Below are positions 11,901 through 22,837 of a stretch of DNA of 64,000 bases, piece by piece. Position numbers and translations under genes: made by a program. Position 1 is the stretch's first letter. Each line of letters begins with the position of its first letter. This DNA comes from Azolla caroliniana (Eukaryota > Plantae > Polypodiophyta), in assembly GCA_043228905.1 (NCBI GenBank), contig JBHGNT010000003.1, positions 22,816,001-22,880,000 on the forward strand. Direction: 5' to 3'. The notes under the pieces were generated by a model. That model saw only the letters and a program-made list of their open reading frames with translations. It had not been told where the DNA came from and made no database searches.

Positions 11901-12983
11901 AAGTTCGACTCTTTCATGACCAACGAAGGGTACCACAAAACGCAGTCCGATCACTGCGTGTTTGTGAAGAAGTTCGAAGGGGGAGACTTTCTAATACTCC
12001 TCCTGTACGTGGACGACATGTTGATCGTCGGACGGGACCAGGTCAAGATACGGATGCTGAAGAAAGCGCTTCACCGAACCTTCTCAATGAAGGACCTAGG
12101 TCCGGCGAGGCAAATACTAGGGATGCACATCATCCGGGACCGGAAGAAGAAGCAGTTGTGGCTGTCACAGGAGAAGTACATGACAAAGGTGCTTCACCGG
12201 TTCAACATGTCGGAAGCAAGACCGGTCGGGTCAACCCTCCCGGCAAACTGCAAGCTGTCCAGCAAGCAAAGCCCCAAGACAAAGGCTGAGAAGGAGGACA
12301 TGATGAAAGTACCATATGCCTCTGCCGTCGGAAGCTTGATGTACGCAATGGTGTGTACAAGACCGGACATTGGATACGCAGTCGGAGTGGTGAGCCGGTA
12401 TATGAGTAATCCCGGCAAGGAGCACTGGAACGCGGTCAAATGGATACTCCGATACTTAAAAGGCACTTCGAACATGTGCCTCCGATTCGGCTCCGGTAAG
12501 CCCGAACTCGATGGATTTACTGATTCGGACATGTCGGCTGATGCGGATACCAGCCGGTCTACATCTGGGTATGTAATGACATACGCAGGGGGAGCCGTTT
12601 CGTGGCAGTCGAGGTTGCAGAAGACGGTTGCGTTGTCAACCACGGAGGCGGAGTACATGGCGGCTGTTGAAGCCGGCAAGGAAATAATATGGATGAAGGA
12701 CTTCATTAGAGAGCTCGGTATCCGGCAGGAGGAGTACCGGCTCTACTGCGATAGTCAGAGTGCCATCCACCTTGCGAAGAATGCGGCCTACCATTCCTGG
12801 ACGAAACACATCCAGCGTAGATACCACTGGATCCGGGAAAGGATAGAAGACAAGGAGTTCGTGCTGACGAAGATCCACACGGACGAGAACGGGTCGGATA
12901 TGCTGACCAAGGTGCTCGCACCCGACAAGCTGGAAGCATGCCGGAAGAGGATCGGACTGGAGAGACATCCCATGCCGAAGTGA
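8910..12983 (+). CDS. Copia gag-pol polyprotein, 1357 aa (gag, zinc knuckle, aspartic protease, integrase, RT, RNase H)
   Basis: CFYCGKPGHFQKNC zinc knuckle; WVVDSGASFH protease; LWHKRLCH pre-integrase; HTDVC...RADNGGEY...NGLAERMNRT integrase DDE; MDVKTAFLHG and LYVDDML RT; FTDSD...EAEY...YCDSQSA...DMLTK RNase H. Confidence 0.98.
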   Translation: MEGGGSGPPGMMVLNSQNYADWKIKMEDLLIVRDLYEPIDNAEIPKGVIESEWKLLNRKAVATIRQYVDVSVLQHVANDTNAYEMWQKLSGLYERKNALTRTSLMRKIVNLKYRDDESMVEHVSTFMGFVNQLAAIKFPLDDAMQAIMLMCTLPESWENLVVTLSTSCKEENLSLLTVKTSILNEEARRRDKEPASDSKALLTESERGRQRNRSPQRREKSGTRSQSRGRPTCFYCGKPGHFQKNCRHFRKDNGTDGTDSKKSPERNGAYRGATDRRGPDRRGQDRKGTTALAASEEEIMLITEERELNLAGEEMTWVVDSGASFHLTPEKKYFSSYTAGEHGCVRMGNEGTCRIAGIGDVWLMTSTGCKMLLKDVRHVPEVRLNLISAGRLDDEGYTGSIRNGVMKFSKGSLIVARARKVNTLYLMNAWLCPEELNVAADTAGELWHKRLCHMSEKGMKRLAGDNLIPVKHVHLEKCTDCLAGKQNRTSFHSRPPTRRSVPLELVHTDVCQVETKSHGGAQYFVTFIDDHSRKLWTAPLKTKDQVLCVFKELHARVERESGKKLKAIRADNGGEYRGQFEEYCRSMGIRLEFTVPKTPELNGLAERMNRTIMERVRSMLAHAKLPTGFWAEAMSTATYVINKSPSVPLDGDTPQRVWTGREVSYRHLKVFGCLAYVHVAKDRRGKLDPKTRPCIFLGYGDDEFGYRVWDLVDKKIFRSRDIIFMEDKTFADWESEKKMKSSKSTGEDQLYEEQSRPARDRLALEDPAEDGEETEPAEEDETDTGTGPDPEMDSEEEEAEEPVTEAPERRYPLRERRAPRRFPELEHVLLTDEGELESFEEAKLDTHSRRWLSAMQEEMDSLHENHTYELVELPKGKRALRNKWVFKLKPGDAENPPRYKARIVVKGFQQKKGVDYDEIFAPVVKMTSIRMVLSITASMDLEVEQMDVKTAFLHGDLEEEIYMQQPEGFEKKGKEHLVCRLKKSLYGLKQAPRQWYRKFDSFMTNEGYHKTQSDHCVFVKKFEGGDFLILLLYVDDMLIVGRDQVKIRMLKKALHRTFSMKDLGPARQILGMHIIRDRKKKQLWLSQEKYMTKVLHRFNMSEARPVGSTLPANCKLSSKQSPKTKAEKEDMMKVPYASAVGSLMYAMVCTRPDIGYAVGVVSRYMSNPGKEHWNAVKWILRYLKGTSNMCLRFGSGKPELDGFTDSDMSADADTSRSTSGYVMTYAGGAVSWQSRLQKTVALSTTEAEYMAAVEAGKEIIWMKDFIRELGIRQEEYRLYCDSQSAIHLAKNAAYHSWTKHIQRRYHWIRERIEDKEFVLTKIHTDENGSDMLTKVLAPDKLEACRKRIGLERHPMPK

Positions 12984-12993
12984 AGGGGGAGTT

Positions 12994-13313
12994 TGTTGGG
13001 AATTCGGTCCCTTCGGATGGGATGTCCGGAGATGAATGACGGCAAGCCCGGTTGCGGTTACGGAACCGGAGGATGAAGACCCGGCTACGGAGCCAGATGA
13101 TGAAGGCCCCGGCTACGGAGCCGGATGACGAATGTACCCGGAGAGAGATCCGGATGCGGGGACATAGTTGTGAATATGTTTGCCAAGGGCCCTTGAGGCT
13201 ATATTTGTAAATAGCCCGAAAGTCATATGTGTATAAATATGACTTAGGGCAAACAGTTTAGTGACTGTTACTCATTTTTCTGGTTTTCCACTTAGAGGGA
13301 GCTAAGTGAGCAG

Positions 13314-13367
<54 letters not shown>

Positions 13368-13632
13368 CGAAGAGGTCGTTGCCTCTGTGTATTACCGCCG
13401 CCTGTGGCGAAGACAGTGAGCTCAAGGGTTGTTGCCTTGTAGCTTCACCATTGTACATCTCTGCTCATAGTGATAGTTGGAGTTGGAGGACTCCCGTGGT
13501 TTTTCCCATTTAGGGTTTTCCACGTAAAACATCCTGTGTACTCTGCTCTCCATTGTCTTCGTGCATTCTGTATTTCCTGTTTTCTGTGAGTTGATCCTAT
13601 TCCTCGGTTGTGGCCGAGCTCAGTCTTTAACA
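12994..13632 (+). repeat. 3' LTR of element B
   Basis: 639 bp, near-identical to 8246-8878, preceded by the PPT and followed by the CGAGT TSD. Confidence 0.97.
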
Positions 13633-13637
13633 CGAGT

Positions 13638-13958
13638 TCCATATTTCCCATGACTAATGAGTCTTTACATTCCTCAAGGTTCTAGAGAGAGAGTGGACAT
13701 TGTGGTGAGTTAATGAAGAGAGAGGGTGGCATAATATAAAGCATCCTCCTCCTACTTGATAGAGAGTCGGTTGTGACTCCATGTAATGCTACATTTTGTA
13801 TTTGCTATTCTCCTTGTTAATATACACCTTCTTCTTGAGTACTTCATTTTTCTTCATCTATCTATCTTGTGTTTTCTCTTCTCTCATTTCTTTTCTCTCA
13901 CACATACACATAACACACATCTCTTCCGCTACACAAGAATCATATCTAATTCTTTACA
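13638..13958 (+). repeat. 3' LTR of element A, right part
   Basis: Continues the match to the 5' LTR (tccatatt...ccatga...caaggttctagagagagagtggacattgt...cacatacacataacacacatctcttccgctacacaagaatcatatc...tctttaca). Confidence 0.9.
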
Positions 13959-15045
13959 ATAACAAACTAATACATTTCATAAATACTTATGTACATATTG
14001 GGCCCCTTTTCTTTTCTCTTTCGCCATGGTTTACACCTTTTCTTCTTTTTCTTTTTTACCCATGTTCCCACCTTCAGCCACGCCACATCATAACAAAGTT
14101 TCTGTGAGATACACAGAAGCGACATGCCTTTATGTTAATAAAAGAGGTTGGGCAAGTTTATATGAATGTCTAGAGATTTATAACAAAAGAGATGCATATT
14201 GATTGTCCTCTGAAGAAAAGGCTCCCAACAAAGGTTTCAACCCGTATCGTTTTGAAATAGTAGAGTCACTTTTGAGAGCAAGTATTGATACAATACAAAA
14301 ACAAGACGACGGCAATAAGACGTACGACAAAGTTCAAAAGTAAACTAATCATAAGATGTAGCATGATGACAAATATAATCATCTCTGACATGCACAAACA
14401 GAATTTGGACTCTTTGCCAACAAATGGCATTCATTCAACTATGTTTATGTGCTCGTGTTTAGAAAAAGGAATATATATAGGTGCCATGGTGAAAACATAT
14501 GGTAACTTATTGTCTTCATAATTGTTTTAATGACCATATGATAAAAAGCATGTCAGATGATGTGATATTGTTAATGATGCATGAATTATTGTCCAATGAT
14601 TGATATAAGGTGCAATCTCTCAATTCACGCTCTTGTGTTATCATTTCATGCGCATGTATTCGCATATTATTTGTTGTTGTCTCATGCCATGTATATTAAT
14701 AAATAATGTAGATGTTTTTTGGAAAATATGTAGGTTTTTTCTTGTAAAAATTGGTGAACGTAGCTTCACTGAATCTTGTATATAGATAATTTTCCAAAAG
14801 TAAATAGATACAAAAGCTCTTAATTTACTTTTTGCCAAGTTCATGGGGGTGATTATTTTTTTACAAAACAAAATATCCTTCCATTAGTTATATAAAAAGG
14901 TCATAACGGCTACAACATACAAAGTATTTTTTCCCCAAGCCCGTCTTGTGTAAGACAATGGCTGAGGAAACAAATCTATGTACTCCAAAGTAGAGAAAAT
15001 AGTCTAGTAATTGCAAGCTATTCCATAGACACATTGCAAGGTATC

Positions 15046-15210
15046 CATATCCATAGATTTTAATGGGGGGAGATATTGCAGGAAGTTTGTTGTTATTATG
15101 AGGTCAAATTCTAGACATTGTCTCATATCCATAGATTTTCATGGGGGGGGGGGGGGGATATTGCAGGAAGTTTGTTGTTATTGTGAGGTCAATTTCTAGA
15201 CATTGTCTCT
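15046..15210. repeat. Tandem duplication, ~80 bp x2
   Basis: catatccatagatttt...ggggagatattgcaggaagtttgttgttatt...gaggtcaa...tctagacattgtctc occurs twice in tandem. Confidence 0.8.
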
Positions 15211-15599
15211 AAGGGGAATTTCTTCCGAGTAAGTTGATCATACAATTGTGTAAAAACTTACAAGTATACATATTGGTCAATCTTAGAATCCTTTGAATCA
15301 TTAATAAAAGAATCCCAACGGATGTAGGAATGAATTCTGTTGAATTTTCAATCATTGAGTTAGCTTGGTTTGAATGAAACTATACCCTATGCATCATGCA
15401 TTTACTACATGCAGCCTCTATGAAGGCTATAGAAAAAAGTGACGAATAATAGATAGAACACCTATCACTCTATTCATTTACTGAAAACACAACAAAACTA
15501 TAGTAGGTTGTATGCCATTACACTCATTTATGATTTTTGTCCTACCATACGCAAGGCTAGGGAATTTTGGCTTTTGTCCAACTAGGTTTCCAGTTTATT

Positions 15600-15910
15600 G
15601 CATTAATTAGAGTACAATAATCATCACGTCATCGTATTACAATTGTACAAAGATGTATGCTTGTCGTAAGCATAAGATCTAGTTATCATTCAAGTTTCTT
15701 TCTAATATGTTAAGCGCTAACATAACAAAGATGTTATCCATTGCACTTCATTACATTAGAGTACAATAATCATCACCATCATCGTATTACAACGGTTCAA
15801 AGATGTATGATTGTCATGACCATAAAATATAGTTATCGTTCAAGTTCCTTTCTAAGATGTTGAAGTGCTAACATAACAAAGATGTTATCCATCCATCGCA
15901 CTTCATTGCT
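15600..15910. repeat. Tandem duplication, ~150 bp x2
   Basis: attagagtacaataatcatcac...atcgtattacaa...aaagatgtatg...agttatc...caagtt...gctaacataacaaagatgttatcca occurs twice. Confidence 0.75.
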
Positions 15911-16889
15911 CTAAATCTAAAAAATTTCAAACTATATACAAAGAGAAGAACGCCACATCTCATTGCCTTTACCACAATGGTTGCCACAAAAAAATCGAAT
16001 TGGTAGAATCTTGATTTTGCCGTACTTTGCATGCATGGAAAAATGTACATGCTTCCAGCTTCAAATTGGGCCATGATCACCGCTTTTGCTCAACATTGCA
16101 TCCAAGGTGGCGGCCACAAACTTAAAAAGAAATATGAACAATTTCTATAGCAAAATAGAATGTAGAATCTGGTTGCGAGAGGTTCAAAGAAAAGTGACCT
16201 TTAACCTAAGCAAGGAATGAAACTCCATCACCTCCTTCAAGTTAAAGCATTCAAATTCTAAGATAGCACAAGCAATAGATACACTAGCATATGATTATGT
16301 GATCCACGTGTATACCATAAGAATGAAGGAGAAGTTTCATATACATACGATGAGCAAAGCAAGTAATGCATTTTGCCTCCGTTATTGTTTAGTACCGAGT
16401 TCTTATCGTCGTTAGCTCCCGAATGGCCCCATGTGGTGTTAAACGCAAGCGGTAAAACTTGTTTCTCTCAGATTGGGGTGTACATGCTCACATTGAGGCC
16501 TCTCTCGCTTTCTCTTTGGGCGGATTTGCATTGGGTTCGGGTCTAGGTCTGTGTCTGTGTCCGTGTCCATGGTCGGGGTATGATTGAACCATTGGGGAGG
16601 GCATTTCGGGAAATAACGGAAAAGTGAGGGCTCTCGATTGGGTTTTGTTTTTTTACATACTTATAAAACTTAAACCTCCTCCCTAATTTAATCTTTCTCT
16701 TAATTAGTTCATCCATTGAATCGATTAACGCAGTCGTCTCTCTCTAATTACTTGCTAATTACGGCTGCTTGTCTTCTGCTGCGTTTTTCTCTTGCTTTTT
16801 ACCCCATCCCCCCTGCGGTATATATTCAAAGTCTCCAGTTTAATCTCTCCTTGTGTGGCTATGGCGGCTTAAGTCCCTTCTTTTTCTGC

Positions 16890-17300
16890 TTTCATCACCA
16901 TCCTCGTGATCATCATCACTGCCATATCCTTCTTCTTCTTCTTCTTCTTCTTCTTTCATCCCCATCTTCATCGCCATATTCTTCTAAGTCTTCTTCTTCT
17001 TCTTCATCCTCTTCCTTCTTTCATCGTCATCATCGTCGATTCCTCATCATCATCATTCCATCTTCTGGTTCTTAACTCTAATCTTTTCTTCTTCTTCTTC
17101 TTCTTCTTCTTCTGCGTTCTTCTGGTCAATTCTTCATATCTTGCATTGTATCGTTTGCTCCCACTTTATTGCTATATTGTCCTAATCTTCTCCCTTCTGT
17201 TGTGTCTTCTAATTGTTCTTCTTGCTCTCATATTTCGTTTTTCTTATACTTCTTCTCCAATTTCTTGTAATTTCTCCATTTCTTTCTTTCTCCTTCCGAT
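16890..17300. repeat. (CTT)n/(CAT)n low-complexity pyrimidine tract, probably in the 5' leader or leader intron of the AKR gene
   Basis: Runs of CTT and CAT repeats ending just before a CAG|AAAATG acceptor-like junction at 17304. Confidence 0.7.
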
Positions 17301-17307
17301 GCAGAAA

Positions 17308-20300
17308 ATGAGTAATGGAAACGTACTTAAGGACCACCTTATGGGAATCGGAACCTGGGCTTGGGGAGACAAGTAAGTATCCACTCTGCTTCCTTCTTTT
17401 TGTATTTCTTTCTTCAAGGAAGACAGGAATTTTATGTAAATATGGGATTCGTTTCTTTTATATCCTCTCCCTCCCCTCTCTTCACATCTGAACGCCTTCA
17501 ATTGCCGAGGACTTTCTTCCTGGATGCACATACGTTCATTTCCCGATGATTTCTTCCTCCACGCAAACACCGTTTTTCAATGTAAATAAACATGTAGGAA
17601 CTTCCTTCTAGAAAGATGAAATTTTAAGTAAATGTGTCCATGTCTTTCTCCAGGAAGACTGAGTTACATGTTAATAAGGTTCACTTCTTGATGTTGTTTT
17701 TCTCTAACGTGGATGTAACTGTGCTTTTTCGGGAAGATAAAATCATTATGTAAGTATAACCTTCTTATGGTATTAATTGTTCGTTTCTTCAACGTCAATG
17801 CTATATACTTGAGATTTTCTTCCAGAAAAACATGTAAATAAAGCTGATTCCTTGAGTTATATTATAGCATGTCAATGTGAATATGCCGATTTCTTGAGGA
17901 TTACTCTGTCAGGAAAACAAAATTATGATGTAAATTTTATCTTCTTATTGTATTAACGTTCATTTTCTCAACATCAGTGCGAAATAGTTGAAGGTTTATT
18001 CCAGAAGGCTGAGTTTTGATATAGAAGAAAGCATATACATTTATAATAAATCAACCCACAAGCATAGCACCAATCTTCATTTATTTCGTAAACTAAGTCT
18101 TGAACATAAAATCTCCAAACACGGTACATTGAAGTTCTGGGTTTCTGGAAGAATAGTCTTGTGGCAGCGAGCATTATTTACATACAAAATTCTCTCTGGA
18201 AGAAATCGTCAAGAAATGAGCCATATTTGCATCAGAGTTTGTCTTTCAAGAAGAAAACAATTTTCAGGATATGAACATATTTATGTTATAGTTTTGTGTT
18301 TCAAGAAGAATAATCCCGAATAAATGGTCATGTTTACATCAAAGCTCTGTCTCTCTGTAATCCAAATCCTCTTAAAAATATTAACGTTTTTGCATCAATG
18401 CTCCTATTTGTGGAAGAAAAATTTCCAAAGTAATGGACGGACTTACATTCATGACATGTAAATGTTGAAATATGCAATAACGCATCCTTTCATACTCGTA
18501 AAACATGAAACGTTGAAATGGCCTTGTTAGATTTTATGTAAATAACCTGCGTATGCCTTTCCTTCCTTTCAATCCCTTCATAATGGGCATCAATGCTAGC
18601 CATGATGGTTTGAAGATTAGTAATTTCTGAAGATAACATTGATGAAAATATAACCGGAAGATATGTTTCTTCTTGTTCCACTGGAGATGGTGATTGATAC
18701 TACATCTGAGGATTAGTTCATCCATAAATGTATTTCTTCTGGAAGAAGAACAGATTTTTTGTGAATATAATCTGCACATGATTCTTCCCATTCATTTCTT
18801 CATGTTTGAATTGAAGACATGAAGACTGATGTTATATTTGGAGATTAAACTATCCTATAATTTATGCTGCTCGTGCCCATGAAATAGAAAATATGATCAC
18901 ATAAGGTGCCTAAGAGTTTTAGGTCTATTGGTAGAATTAAAGTCGAATATCTTCTCTTTTCATTATATGCAGGAAAATGTGAGATTTAGTCAATAACCAT
19001 GAGCATAATGTTTTTTCATTTCTTAAAATTTCAATGCAGGAAAACATGGGGTTATGGAGGGTATGATAAGGAACTAAGTGAGGCCACAGCTGAAGCTGCC
19101 TTCAAGAAATCATTGGAATGTGGGGTGAAACTCATTGATACTGCGTCCATGTATGGGGAAGGTAACTATTATTCACCATGGTTTCATAATACCATTAACT
19201 AGAAATTTGTTAATCTGAGTGCCTACTTTAGATTGATAGCGAGATGGCCACATCCTCATATGATAAGTCACTGATGGTTGTGGAAGTTGGAGTATATATA
19301 GAGGGTTTGAGTCTTCTATATATATATATATATTATGATGTCCCTATGTGTATGTGTGCATTTTTGCAATTCTATTTATTAATTATTATATTTTCTAAGA
19401 TTTTGGATTACATATTTAGAGAACCCCAACTCTAAATAACTGTAGTATTGGGGATCTATATATATAGAACTCCCCGCTTCCATCTCTCACTTTCACTCTC
19501 TCTCTCTCTCTCTCTCCTGGTGAAAACACACTATTATCTTAATAAATGTGTGTGAAAAACACTACTTACAATGGGTGTCACAATGGAGTATGGTCACTCA
19601 CTAACTACATGGGGTAGTGGAACATGTTGAATTGCCGATAGGCAAGACGAACACTCCACTGAGGAAATAATTTCCACTTGCTCCAATAAATCTCTCTCTC
19701 TCTCTCATACCAGCAGTGAAGATTTGCAAGGAATCTAAAGAGAATTCAGCTTGTTGTTTTGTCTCCGTTAACTCTCCTGTTTTCAATTTCAGTTCCCCAA
19801 GTTGATAAATAATATGGGGATGTCTTCTTTGGAAGCTTTTACAAAATCATGAAACATCTAACAGAGACAAAGGATGCAAACTTTCCAGTAAGCTGGTTGC
19901 TTTCTATTGATAAGCAATTGCTCCATATTGTTGTTAATAGGTGAATCAGAGAGATTGATCGGGAAGTTTTGGAAGAAGCTCTCCCCAGAACAAAAAGATG
20001 GAGTTCGTATAGCAACAAAATATTGCCCACTGCCATGGCATTTTAATGCAAGGAAGACATTAGTCACTACATTGAAGGAAAGCTTGGACAGGCTTCAATT
20101 AGAGCAAGTAGACCTCTTTCAGGTAGGAAACTAAGTTAATTTGCTATGTGGGTTTTGCATGTCCATTTATTTATGACTTCTTCCCTTAATACCTCTTCCT
20201 TGTGTAAGATTCACGGGCCAGGTTTTTCAATCAGGAGTATAGAGCATCTTACGGAGGGACTTGCTGATGCATATGATGCAGGGCTTACAAAAGCAGGTTT

Positions 20301-22837
20301 GCACAACCATTTTCGCTACCTAAGTTTAGCTGTAAAAGTCACATGAATTAAACCTTTTTAATGCATAACGGGCAGTGTTAAACCATTTTAACAACCAGTC
20401 TAACTCAACCGACTGCTTCATGATTAAACCTGGTGATGAAATTATATAACCGTCCTCTATTTCCTTATTTGGCTTTGTGTCATCCGGAGATCCATCAATT
20501 TATTCAAGTGGTGTCTAAGCTCTTTAAGTTAACGTTCGTATTGATGATAGCCTAGTCTTTACCTATTTTTTAAAAATCTGTTATAACTTCTCAATTTTTA
20601 TTAATCCATTGTTTCTTTTTGTAAAGACTTCATCTGAACTTGCATGCCTACATTTGTTTTGCTGGTAACCTTGGAACTAAAGTGGTGTAAACAAAATTTG
20701 TTTTCTGTTGCTTGCTCATATCTTTTATCGATTAATTCTAGCTATCTACTCCATTTTACTGGTATTTAGTGGAGAAAATATCTATGAAAATTTCGTCTAA
20801 TGTCAATTTGTGTTGATGACAAACAGTTGGAGTTTCTAATTTCAGCAAGGATGAATTACTTCGGGCTCATAAAGTTCTTGTCAAAAGAAATATTTCATTA
20901 GCATCTAATCAGGTTGTCTTTTCTTTTGCTTTACATTTTGAATTTAACCAGAAAAGTAAAAGATGTTCCTCTCATATAGCCAGATAGAATTTCAGGTGGA
21001 ATTTTCACTATTGAGGATGAATCCATCTATGAATGGTATGTTGACAACATGTGCTGATCTTGGAGTCAAAGTTTTGGCATATTCCCCCCTTGGCATGGGT
21101 AGATTGACTGGTAAGTATCGATAATTGAGTATGAATAATTGTTATTCAATATAGGAAACTTAGGTCCTTACGAATGTCAATTTTGTTAGAGATGCTTTAT
21201 TTGGTGAGGTTCATCATGTCAGCTTTTTTGTCCTAAGTGATGGTTATATAGTTTTGATTTCCGAAGTTCCATTTTTTCTACAAAATTCTCACCTTGTTAT
21301 TATGATATGCATGAAATGCAGACACAAATGTTTTTTGAACCTAAGATTAGATCATTGAAAAACTATGAAAGGCAGAGAAACTCACCAGCACTTTCCCCTC
21401 ATTCTTGTTAGTGTATTATATAGTCTATTTAAAGATTTATTGATTTTTTTTGTTGTTGTTTATGGATGAGATTGAGAATGTTCTGGGTGTTTGAAAAGGA
21501 ACTTTTATTTCAGGAAAGTTCACTGTGGATAACCCACCTCCTGGGAATAGGAATTTTGGGAATATACCTATAAAAGAGATACAACCTCTGATCAATAAAA
21601 TGAAAACTATAGCTTCTGCTCATGACAAGACTGTCAGTCAGGTCGCGTTGAACTGGATCATGTAAGCTGAACCATTAGTTTTTCGTTATTCTTAAAATGT
21701 CACCTCCCTGAATTATTATTATTTCCTCGAATGACCTGGAGTTTTTGTTAACTCAAATTTCCATGATCAAATCCTCTCTTTCTAAATCATACCTTTCTCT
21801 CTCGATCTGATGAAAAGAGAAAAAGGGAGAGGATTTAGAGAGAGTGAGGGTATGAATGGGGATTTTGGGGAAATAACAAAACTTCAAGGGCATTTGGGAA
21901 ATGTAAAAACAGGAGTTGAGGGATATTGTTGAATTTTCTACATAAAAACTATGAAGTACAAATTGAGGATTTATTTTTGAATGGTTATGCTGCTATTGCT
22001 GTGTTTACAGCTGCAAAGGAGCTATCCCTATTCCTGGGGCCAAAAATGAAAAGCAAGTGAGTTTTCGTTTTGGTACAATCCTTTATTATATATTGTAGTG
22101 CTGAAGATAGTTTAATAACTCAAATACCAGTCTCATTTCTTATGTTTGCATTTCTATGCGTTCTTCAATGACGTATGAAAGTGGAAATGTCAAATATATA
22201 ATAATTATGTAATATAGAAATAAAATGATAACAAAAAAATGTCATCTCCATGAGAATGGTGTTACAAATTTCCAATCATACCCAGAAAAAATGATCTTCT
22301 ACGGTTAAACAAAATGCATTCTACTTTTACATCATACAAGAGTAAAAGAAAAAAACTGACACCCGTTCAGAAAGATGTTCAAGCGTTTGATTGTATATAT
22401 GTCTTTTCAAGGTTTTGGTATTTCTTTTCATCAACAAAAGAGAAAAGGAAAATAAAAAGCTTTCATTCTTATATTCATGATCATATCCAACAATTTAATC
22501 TGGAAAACGTTGAAATACCACCAAGTTTTTCTTTTTTATCTAAATGTCCTTGGTCAACCAACAGAAGAAAATACAGGGGGATAAGATTTTGACATATAAT
22601 TTTTTGCTTGGGAGGAGCTTGACAAAGGATATTTAGCGGAATTAATGGAAACATGAGGGGCAGTTCAGAGCTTACCCCGTAAATGCAATGTGTTTTATCA
22701 ATGTATTTCTTTTCCATTGTCAACAGGCCGAAGAGAATGCAGGAGCTTTGGGTTGGACCTTATCTCAACACGAAGTTGAAGAACTTGATAAATTAGGATT
22801 CCGTGGAATCACAAGCGGATTTTGGCAACATGGCTAA
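17308..22837 (+). CDS. Aldo-keto reductase (pyridoxal-reductase-like AKR group), 9 exons, ~320 aa
   Basis: Exons 17308-17372, 19040-19161, 19941-20122, 20209-20296, 20827-20912, 20996-21110, 21514-21661, 22011-22056, 22727-22837, all GT-AG, total 963 nt in frame. Motifs GIGTWAWG, IDTASMYG (catalytic Asp and Tyr), IATK (Lys), DLFQIHGP (His), VGVSNF, NQVEFSLL, AYSPLGMGRLTGK, IPIPGAK; C-terminus FWQHG. Confidence 0.92.
21695..21940. mobile_element. Degenerate MITE-like element with long imperfect TIRs (Mutator-like) in AKR intron 7
   Basis: Left arm ...atttcctcgaatgacctggagtttttgtta... is an imperfect reverse complement of right arm ...aaataacaaaacttcaagggcatttgggaaat.... It shares the aagggcattt / ggggaaataaca motif with 47330-47460. 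Ends are approximate. Confidence 0.55.

Larger units (their letters stand above)
8246..13632 (+). mobile_element. Young full-length Ty1/copia LTR retrotransposon (element B, Tnt1/Tork-like)
   Basis: LTRs 8246-8878 and 12994-13632 (TG...CA). Perfect 5-bp TSD CGAGT (8241-8245, 13633-13637). iMet PBS TGGTATCAGAGC at 8882-8893. PPT GAAGGGGGAG at 12982-12991. One uninterrupted gag-pol ORF. By eye the LTRs differ at about 5 transitions plus 6 bp of (GA)n length. Confidence 0.98.
1929..13958 (+). mobile_element. Old, decayed Ty1/copia LTR retrotransposon (element A) containing two nested insertions
   Basis: 5' LTR 1929-2283 (TA..., mutated from TG; ends ...TTTACA). tRNA-iMet PBS TGGTATCAGAG at 2284. 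3' LTR is split into 8102-8245 and 13638-13958. PPT-like tract just before 8102. Flanks GTAGC and ATAAC differ by two G/A transitions and may be a decayed 5-bp TSD. Internal gag-protease-integrase-RT-RNase H order is copia-type. Confidence 0.93.

Noticed and set aside
8955-13045. Many 60-170-aa antisense and alternate-frame ORFs inside element B (and similarly inside element A)
   Set aside because: Shadow ORFs expected from a GC-rich, stop-poor coding region; no recognisable domains.
16716-17376. ORFs of 119 and 156 aa rich in F, L, S and H
   Set aside because: Translations of CTT/CAT microsatellites; only the last ~22 codons of the 156-aa ORF belong to AKR exon 1.
19290-19700. Short inverted repeats around (TA)n tracts in AKR intron 2 (ggggatctatatatatagaactcccc)
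   Set aside because: Explained by TA microsatellite self-complementarity; no clear element boundaries or long miRNA-like stem.
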